64,000 nt of DNA, from contig JBBQZX010000006.1 in assembly GCA_038207335.1 (NCBI GenBank), forward strand, positions 96,001-160,000. Reading direction: 5' to 3'. The notes under the pieces are model-generated. The model ran no database searches and was not told the origin of the DNA. It was given only the letters and a program-made list of their open reading frames with translations. Within the stretch, counting starts at the first letter, position 1, and each line of letters opens with the position of its first letter. Position numbers and translations under genes: made by a program. Shown in pieces: positions 57,071-64,000 of the stretch. Source of the DNA: Chthoniobacterales bacterium (lineage in GTDB: Bacteria; Verrucomicrobiota; Verrucomicrobiia; Chthoniobacterales; Chthoniobacteraceae).

Positions 57071-57071
57071 C

Positions 57072-59372
57072 ATGCCGAAAATGATCCGTCTCCCAAGACG
57101 TGGAGCGCGTGCCGAGTGGCGCATCTTTTTCATCGGAGTCGTCATTGCGTGCGGCTTCGCGGCGCTCATCGGGCGGCTGTGGTGGGAGCAAGTCGCGCGG
57201 GGGACTTACTGGACCAAAAAAATCGCGGGCCGCTCCGAGGTCACCGTGCGCATCCCCTCCGTGCGCGGTGAAATCCGCGATCGCAACGGCATCACGCTCG
57301 TCGGCAATCGCGCGAGCTACGAGGTCGATTTTTACCTGCCCGACATGGTGCGCGGCTACAGGCGGCAGAACGGCGCGGTGCCGACGACCAAATACAAACG
57401 GCGCGTGAGCCAGATGCTCACGGAGCAAACGGAGGCGGACATTGTGCAGATTGTCAACAAGAGCATCGTCCCGCGCCTGCAGGAGCTCGATCTCGCGAAA
57501 GACTACAGCTCCGAACGGCTGCAGAAGCATTACCGCAACGACTTCGAGGTGCCGTTCACCTATTTGGAAGAACTCGACTTCCCGACCATCGCGAAATTTT
57601 CCGAGCACGATGTCGGCCTGCCAGGGGTCGAGATCGCGCTGCGCCCTGTGCGCCAATACATCTACGGCGCCCTCGGCGCCCACTTGCTCGGATACGTCGG
57701 TGCGCCTGTCGATATCGACAAGTTGCCGGACATCGCTGACTACACATTTTACCAGCCCGACGTGGAGGGAAAATCGCAGGTCGAGCTTTACCTCGACAAA
57801 TACATCCGCGGAAAGCCCGGCGTCCGCGTGATGGAGCGCAATGTCAAAGGAGTGATCGAGCGCGAGGCGACCGAGCGCCGGCGCGAGCCGCAGCAGGGCA
57901 ATAACGTCTATCTCACAATCGACGCGCGCATCGAATACATCGCGGAGCGCGCGCTCCGCGACGCTCATATCGGACGCGGCGCGGCGGTCGTTGCGGACCC
58001 GCGCACCGGCGAAATCCTCGCGATGGTTTCGGTGCCTTCGTATGATCCGAATTCGTTCATCCCAAGCATCACGAAGGCTGATTGGGAAAAGCTCAACGAC
58101 GACGAAACCGACCCGCTGACGAACCGCGCGATTCAGGGATACGCCCCCGGCTCGACTTTCAAGACCGTGACCGCGCTTGCCGGTTTCAAAAAAGGCCTCA
58201 CGGCGAAAACGACTTTCAACTGCTCCGGCGGCGTGCAGTACGGCGGCAAATACATGAAGTGCTGGATCGCAGACAAAGGCGGCTCTCACGGCCCGCTCAC
58301 GGTTCCTGACGCGCTGAAATATTCGTGCAACGCGTTTTTTTATCAGTGGGGAAATGCGGCGAAAATCGAGAACATCGACGCGGTCGGTGAGGCGCTCGGC
58401 ATCGGAAAAAAGACCGGCATCCCGCTCTCGGGCGAGTCGCCGGGGATCATGCCGGGACCGGAATGGCTAAAACAAATCAGCCCCATCGAGCACTGGAGCG
58501 ACGGTTACACCGCGAATGTTTCCATCGGCCAAGGCTCCGTCGAAGCCTCGCCGCTGCAGATGGCGATGGTCGTCTCGGCGATCGCGAATCGCGGCACGTC
58601 TTTTCACCCAAAGCTCATCCATCGCGTGCTTGATCAGCAAAACAAAGACGTGCTCGACGAAGACAAGCACCTCGTCGCGCCGCACGAGCCGCAGGTGCGC
58701 GCCGACCTGCACAGCATGGGAATCACCAATGAGCAGATCGAAACGATCCGCCGCGGCATGTGGAAAGTCGTGAACGAACCCGGCGGCACCGGCAAAAAAG
58801 GGCAGGTGAAAAACGTGCAAGTCGCGGGCAAGACCGGCACGGCGCAATTTTGGCGCGAGACGAAAGACGCGCGCGGCGTGCAGACGAAGATCAAGGACAA
58901 CCACACGTGGTTCATCTGCTTCGCGCCATATGAGGATCCGAAATACGCGATCTGCGTATTTGTCCAAGGCGCGAAATCCGGCGGCGGCGTCTCCGCGCCG
59001 ATCGCGCAGCGGATTCTTGAGGAAAGTCTCGCGCTGGAGAAAGGCTACGATCCCGGCCTGAAGCCGCTCGAACCCGCGGTCGGAAGCTTCTCGCAGATCG
59101 AGGCCGTCGATTACAAAAAAAGCGAGGTGCCCGCCGATGCCGTCGCCGATCCCGAGACCGCCGAGCATTCTGAAATGGCCGAGAGCCGCAAGAGCGAGAA
59201 ACAAGTCCGCAGCACGCCGAATATCCGCTCCGCACCCGACCAGGGCGGGCGCGTGCCGCAGCGAGCCGAGCGCGCGCAGCCGCCGGTGGACAAGCGCGGC
59301 TTTTTCCAGCGATTCTTCGCGCCCAAGCCCCCAGCCTCCCGCCCGCAGCAGGGTCCTCCCAGAGGCCGTTAA
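57072..59372 (+). CDS. mrdA: Penicillin-binding protein 2
   Basis: RGEIRDRNG, PGSTFK (SxxK), SCN (SxN) and KTGTAQ motifs. Confidence 0.93.
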   Translation: MPKMIRLPRRGARAEWRIFFIGVVIACGFAALIGRLWWEQVARGTYWTKKIAGRSEVTVRIPSVRGEIRDRNGITLVGNRASYEVDFYLPDMVRGYRRQNGAVPTTKYKRRVSQMLTEQTEADIVQIVNKSIVPRLQELDLAKDYSSERLQKHYRNDFEVPFTYLEELDFPTIAKFSEHDVGLPGVEIALRPVRQYIYGALGAHLLGYVGAPVDIDKLPDIADYTFYQPDVEGKSQVELYLDKYIRGKPGVRVMERNVKGVIEREATERRREPQQGNNVYLTIDARIEYIAERALRDAHIGRGAAVVADPRTGEILAMVSVPSYDPNSFIPSITKADWEKLNDDETDPLTNRAIQGYAPGSTFKTVTALAGFKKGLTAKTTFNCSGGVQYGGKYMKCWIADKGGSHGPLTVPDALKYSCNAFFYQWGNAAKIENIDAVGEALGIGKKTGIPLSGESPGIMPGPEWLKQISPIEHWSDGYTANVSIGQGSVEASPLQMAMVVSAIANRGTSFHPKLIHRVLDQQNKDVLDEDKHLVAPHEPQVRADLHSMGITNEQIETIRRGMWKVVNEPGGTGKKGQVKNVQVAGKTGTAQFWRETKDARGVQTKIKDNHTWFICFAPYEDPKYAICVFVQGAKSGGGVSAPIAQRILEESLALEKGYDPGLKPLEPAVGSFSQIEAVDYKKSEVPADAVADPETAEHSEMAESRKSEKQVRSTPNIRSAPDQGGRVPQRAERAQPPVDKRGFFQRFFAPKPPASRPQQGPPRGR

Positions 59373-59422
59373 ATTCACCCACCCCCAAAGTGCTAAGCAA
59401 AGTTTACCCCAAAATCCTTTCC

Positions 59423-61000
59423 ATGACCGAACGTGTAAAACGACTTCTAGGTCTCGCTCCCAAGCAGACCGGCAACAAACTCATCATCAACTCCGAGAAA
59501 CTCGAGCGCCGCGTGGCGCTCATGGAGAACGGCGTGCTCGAGGAATACAGCATCGAGCGCCAGACCGACCGAAACATCGTCGGTAGCATTTTCAAAGGCC
59601 GCGTGAGGAACATCGAGCACGGCCTCAAGGCGATGTTCGTGGATATCGGCTTCGAGAAAAATGCGTTCCTCCATTTCTGGGACGCACTCCCCGCCGCGCT
59701 CGACAGCGGCATCGAGGAGGTCGATCGCCCGGCGGGAAAAAAGGCCACCAAAGCGCGAATCACGGCCAAAGACATCCCGAACATTTATCCGGTCGGCAGC
59801 GAAGTCCTCGTGCAGGTGACCAAAGGCCCGATCAGCACGAAAGGCCCTCGCATCACCACGAATCTGAGCCTCGCTGGACGGTACCTCGTCCTCATGCCCT
59901 ACAGCGACCAGAGCGGCATCTCGCGGAAAATCGATTCGCCGAAAGAGCGCGAGCGACTGCGCAATATTTTGAAGGAACTCGCGGTGCCTGAGGGCATGGG
60001 CCTCATCGTCCGGACCGTCGGCGAAGGGCAGCGCGAGCGGTATTTCATCCGAGACCTCGGCCTGCTCGTCGAGCAGTGGCGCGCGATTGAAGAGGCGATG
60101 AAAACGAAGCCGGCGCCGAGTTGCGTCTTCGAGGAGCCCGACCTCATCGAGCGCACGGTGCGCGATTTTCTCACCGACGAAATCGACGAGGTCATCTGCG
60201 ACGACGAGCACTCGGCGAAACGCATGATCGAGCTCGTGAGCCAGATTTCGAAACGCTCCGCCGTGCGCATCAAGCACTACACCGAGCCGCAGCCGATCTT
60301 CGAAAAGCATGGCGTGCAAAAGCAGATCGACGACGCGTTTCACCGCCAAGTCTGGCTCCCGTGCGGCGGCTACATTGTCATCGATGAGACCGAGGCGCTC
60401 ATCGCGATCGACGTGAACACCGGGCGCAACAAAGGCGGCAAGGACGTCGAGAAAACGATCCTGCAAACCAACCTCGAAGCCGCCGACGAAATGGCGCGCC
60501 AGATGCGGCTGCGAAATATCGGCGGACTCATCATCGGCGACTTCATCGACATGAAGCTGCGCAAAGACCAGCAGGCGGTTTACACGCGGATGAAGGACCG
60601 CCTGAAGCGTGACAAATCCAAGACGCATGTCCTGCCCATCTCGCCGCTCGGCCTCATGGAAATGACGCGGCAGCGCGCTGCGGAGAGCATCAGCGGAGCG
60701 GTCTATGACTCGTGTCCGTACTGCGGCGGACGCGGAAAGGTGAAAAGCGCGATGACGATGAGCGTCGAGCTCCAGCGCGCGCTGCACCTCGTCATGCGGA
60801 AATATCAGGACACCGTCCATGAGGTGAAAGTCGTCGTCCATCCGCACGTCCTCGAGCGCCTGCGCCGCGAGGACGAAGAGCTGCTCGTCGATATTGAGCG
60901 CAAGTACGCCGGGCGCCTCACCTTCCGTGCCGACCCGACTTTTCATCACGAGAAATTCACGATCCTCGACGCGAATACGAACAACGAGCTGAAGCCGTAA
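59423..61000 (+). CDS. Rne/Rng-family ribonuclease (RNase G/E)
   Basis: S1 domain; IDVNTG, LRNIGGLIIGDFIDM, EMTRQR and CPYCGGRG motifs. Confidence 0.95.
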   Translation: MTERVKRLLGLAPKQTGNKLIINSEKLERRVALMENGVLEEYSIERQTDRNIVGSIFKGRVRNIEHGLKAMFVDIGFEKNAFLHFWDALPAALDSGIEEVDRPAGKKATKARITAKDIPNIYPVGSEVLVQVTKGPISTKGPRITTNLSLAGRYLVLMPYSDQSGISRKIDSPKERERLRNILKELAVPEGMGLIVRTVGEGQRERYFIRDLGLLVEQWRAIEEAMKTKPAPSCVFEEPDLIERTVRDFLTDEIDEVICDDEHSAKRMIELVSQISKRSAVRIKHYTEPQPIFEKHGVQKQIDDAFHRQVWLPCGGYIVIDETEALIAIDVNTGRNKGGKDVEKTILQTNLEAADEMARQMRLRNIGGLIIGDFIDMKLRKDQQAVYTRMKDRLKRDKSKTHVLPISPLGLMEMTRQRAAESISGAVYDSCPYCGGRGKVKSAMTMSVELQRALHLVMRKYQDTVHEVKVVVHPHVLERLRREDEELLVDIERKYAGRLTFRADPTFHHEKFTILDANTNNELKP

Positions 61001-61082
61001 TCGCGCTGCCGCCGACACCAGATCGTCACATCCGCCCTCTTGCCGCATCCGGCGCGACCCCTAACCTCTCAGACGCGCGACC

Positions 61083-61787
61083 ATGACCAGCAAAGCCGCA
61101 AACAAAAAAATCCTCGTCGCCGATGACGAGGCCGACGTGCTCAATCTCGTCTCGAATAATCTTAAAGCCGCGGGCTTCAACGTTCTCCGCGCCGACGACG
61201 GGCCGTCTGCCCTCGAACAGGCACGGTCATCCGCCCCCGCGCTCATCGTCCTCGATTTGATGCTCCCCGGCATCTCCGGCCTTGAGGTCTGCAAAGCGCT
61301 GAAAAGCGATTCCGCGACGAAACACATTCCGATCATCATGCTCACCGCGAAGGCCGAGGAAATCGACCGCATCCTCGGACTCGAGCTCGGCGCCGACGAC
61401 TACATCACGAAGCCTTTCAGCCCGCGCGAACTCGTGCTCCGCGTGAAGTCCGTCATCCGCCGAGCCAGCACGCCGAGCGAGCCGGAGGAGACGCTCCGGC
61501 TCGGCGACATCCAACTCGACCGCGCGCGTTACGAGGTGCTCGTGAAAAATAGACCCGTCGAATTCACCGCGACGGAATTCAAGCTCCTCGCGCTCCTGAT
61601 CGAGCGCCGCGGTCGCGTGCAAAGCCGGGACACACTGCTCAATGACGTGTGGGGCTACGAGAGTGCAATCGACACGCGCACCGTCGATACCCACATCCGC
61701 CGAGTTCGCGAAAAACTCGGCAACGCCGCCGATTGCATCGAGACGATCCGCGGATTCGGATACCGCATCATCGAGCCGGGTCGCTGA
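61083..61787 (+). CDS. phoB: OmpR/PhoB-family response regulator (PhoB-like)
   Basis: LDLMLPG, MLTAKAEE, GADDYITKPFSPREL and DTRTVDTHIRR motifs; paired with a PhoR-like kinase. Confidence 0.8.
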   Translation: MTSKAANKKILVADDEADVLNLVSNNLKAAGFNVLRADDGPSALEQARSSAPALIVLDLMLPGISGLEVCKALKSDSATKHIPIIMLTAKAEEIDRILGLELGADDYITKPFSPRELVLRVKSVIRRASTPSEPEETLRLGDIQLDRARYEVLVKNRPVEFTATEFKLLALLIERRGRVQSRDTLLNDVWGYESAIDTRTVDTHIRRVREKLGNAADCIETIRGFGYRIIEPGR

Positions 61788-61803
61788 TTATTTTCCCGCC
61801 GCG

Positions 61804-63087
61804 ATGGGCTGGTTTCTCGCGCTAGTTTTCGCCGTAATCCTCGCGGCAGTTTGGTGGCGGCAGCGGCGATTCGCGCGGCATTGGATGCAGCTTTCCGCGA
61901 TCGTCGATGACCTCGCCGAGGGCCGCGAGCCCACGAACTTCGTCTTTTTGAATGGAGGCCCATTCAACAAAATCGCGACCTCGCTGGAACGGCTGACCGA
62001 ATCGCGCGACCGGCTGTGGCGCAGGCGCAGCCGCGAGGAGATGAATCTTCAAACCATCCTCGCGAGCATGGAGGACGGCGTGATGGTCGTCGATCGGCAG
62101 CACACGATCAGGCTCGTGAATCCGGCCGTGCTTCGCTTGTTCGGGCTCGATTTCGATCCACTCGGGCGCAGCGTTTTACAGACTTTGCGCGAGACCGGTT
62201 TCGATGAAGTCGTCACGCGCGCGCTCGGGACGTGGGAGCCGCAGGCGCGTGAGATTTCCGCAGGCACGAGCAAGACGCCACGCCACATCTCGGTGAACGC
62301 AAGCCCGATGCGCAACGCCTCAGGCGAGGAGGGCGTCGTTACGATTTTCCGCGACGTGACACGCCTAAAGCAACTCGAGGAAATGCGGCGCGAATTCGTG
62401 GCGAACGTCTCGCACGAGCTGCGCACGCCGCTCTCCATTTTCCACGGATACCTCGAAAATCTTCGCGACAATCCAAACCTTCCACGCGAGGAACTCGTCG
62501 AGACAATCGGCGTGTTGGAAAAGCATTCGCTGCGGCTGAATGCGCTCGTCGAGGACCTGCTCATTCTCGCCCGCCTGGAATCGCGCGATGTGCGCTTGCA
62601 ACTCGAGGAGATCGATGTGGACGCGTTTTTGCGTGAGATCGTCGGTGACTGGAAACTTCGCAGCGCGCGAAAAAACATTGGCATTACGCTGGAGACCGCC
62701 GCCGAGATGCCACTGCTCGTCGCCGATGTGCTGAGGATCGAGCAAGTCGTGAGCAACCTCGTGGACAACGCGATCAAATACACTCCGGCCAACGGCCGCG
62801 TCTGCGTGAAAACCGCGCGCGTTGGCGACGAACTCGAAGTGCGGATAGAGGACAACGGCGTCGGGATTTTGCCCGTGGATTTGCCGCACATTTTTGAGCG
62901 ATTTTATCGCGCGGATAAGGCGCGCAGCCGCGAACAAGGCGGCACCGGGCTCGGACTCTCGATCGTGAAACACATCGTCCAGACACACGGCGGCACCGTC
63001 CGAGCCGAGAGTGTGTTTGGAAAGGGTACGACGATCGTGCTCAGCCTCCCGCTTGCGGGTCCAAGCGCAGCCGCGCCTGATGAGTGA
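61804..63087 (+). CDS. phoR: PhoR-like PAS sensor histidine kinase
   Basis: N-terminal TM, PAS domain; FVANVSHELRTPL, NLVDNAIKY, FERFYRADKARSR and GGTGLGLSIVKH motifs. Confidence 0.8.
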   Translation: MGWFLALVFAVILAAVWWRQRRFARHWMQLSAIVDDLAEGREPTNFVFLNGGPFNKIATSLERLTESRDRLWRRRSREEMNLQTILASMEDGVMVVDRQHTIRLVNPAVLRLFGLDFDPLGRSVLQTLRETGFDEVVTRALGTWEPQAREISAGTSKTPRHISVNASPMRNASGEEGVVTIFRDVTRLKQLEEMRREFVANVSHELRTPLSIFHGYLENLRDNPNLPREELVETIGVLEKHSLRLNALVEDLLILARLESRDVRLQLEEIDVDAFLREIVGDWKLRSARKNIGITLETAAEMPLLVADVLRIEQVVSNLVDNAIKYTPANGRVCVKTARVGDELEVRIEDNGVGILPVDLPHIFERFYRADKARSREQGGTGLGLSIVKHIVQTHGGTVRAESVFGKGTTIVLSLPLAGPSAAAPDE

Positions 63088-63204
63088 CAGCCCCAGCGGC
63101 GCCTGCAGGCTATGAAGATTGCGTGACGGAAATATAAGTGGCGCGATTTTTGCGGGAGGTGAGAGTGGCGCCCGCTTCCAAGCCTGCCGCTTTGTCTCCC
63201 CACC

Positions 63205-64000
63205 GTGAAACGAATCTTTCTGGCCGGCGTTTTCGCCGTCGCACTCCTCACTCTCTGGCTGCTCCTCTCACGCCCCGCTGAGCGCGAGGCCGAAACGGCT
63301 CCCGCGGAATCCCTCGCGCGCCGAAAGCTGCCGGCTTCGCCCGCTCCGGCACCATCGGAGCCCGTTGCGCCACCTGCGCCGGCGGTCACTCAGGCGCGTT
63401 CCGAGACGCTTCCCGCCGCTCCCGTGGAGGACACGCAACCGCCGGATTTGGAGAAGATCACGGCGTTTGGCGAGTGGACGGAGCGCTGGATTGCCGCGAC
63501 GCCGGCGGCGCGCGAGGCGTTGAAAAACGAGGGGCGCATCCTGGCGGCGGCACGCCGGCCGGAGTTCAAACGGCTCATCAAAAGCGACCCGCGCCGGGCA
63601 CTGGAGCTGTCAGTCGCGCGCGTCGTGCGGCAGGATCTTCCCGAGGAAATCGTCGCGCAGCTCGAGACGCCAGTCTCCGCGCAGGGAAATCTGAATGTCT
63701 ATCTCGGCAAGCCCGCGCCCGGCGTGGTGCCGCCCGCGGGCACGGAGCTGACGCTGCGATATTTCGAGACAAAATCCGGCGCAAGCTACAAGGCGCGCGT
63801 TTTCGGGAAGCTCGAGCCGCTCATGGGACGCGAGGACATCCCGCTGCGCGGCGTGGCGATCGACCGCGAATTTGCCGTCGCGGAGTCGCCCGTGCGGCAG
63901 CTCGAAAACGGCGAGCGCATTCCGCAAGACGCAATCGTGGAGCAGACGTGCCCCGTTTCCAAAATCACGACGCCCGGCGGCGTGGACGAGCCGGTGACCG
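63205..64000 (+). CDS. Large secreted/anchored protein, N-terminal part (runs off the window)
   Basis: GTG start; VKRIFLAGVFAVALLTLWLLL anchor, Pro/Ala linker, then ...EFKRLIKSDPRRALE...; the frame stays open to the window end. Confidence 0.7.
   Translation, partial: MKRIFLAGVFAVALLTLWLLLSRPAEREAETAPAESLARRKLPASPAPAPSEPVAPPAPAVTQARSETLPAAPVEDTQPPDLEKITAFGEWTERWIAATPAAREALKNEGRILAAARRPEFKRLIKSDPRRALELSVARVVRQDLPEEIVAQLETPVSAQGNLNVYLGKPAPGVVPPAGTELTLRYFETKSGASYKARVFGKLEPLMGREDIPLRGVAIDREFAVAESPVRQLENGERIPQDAIVEQTCPVSKITTPGGVDEPVT

Overview
High-GC bacterial chromosome segment. The gene content points to a PVC-superphylum organism, probably Verrucomicrobiota (inference): PVC-type heme/HEAT dehydrogenase, DUF1080, two sulfatases and a Tat-exported Gfo/Idh/MocA protein. 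The housekeeping blocks are rpmI-rplT-pheS-pheT followed by a 6S RNA-like gene and tRNA-Val(TAC), then gspDE, gluQ, an M16 peptidase pair, a DinG-like helicase, mreBCD-mrdA-rne/rng and phoBR-like genes. Between them are accessory genes for surface glycosylation and carbohydrate catabolism. The standout is a 6.5-kb module at 11862-18316. It encodes a stand-alone Tat-exported Psr/Arr-like molybdoenzyme with no partner subunits, divergent from an ArsR-family regulator (C-terminal CysCys) and a Pst-like ABC importer. The importer's binding protein has an altered phosphate motif and its ATPase has a Cys-rich tail. The enzyme and the importer share a 20-bp operator-like motif, so this is a candidate undescribed metalloid-oxyanion uptake/redox system. 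The ORF track misses the 6S-like RNA, a 55-aa membrane protein and a decayed beta-propeller pseudogene; there is also a possible pseudoknotted rplT leader. No CRISPR array, integrase or transposase was seen. All family calls come from motif recognition by eye, not from database searches.
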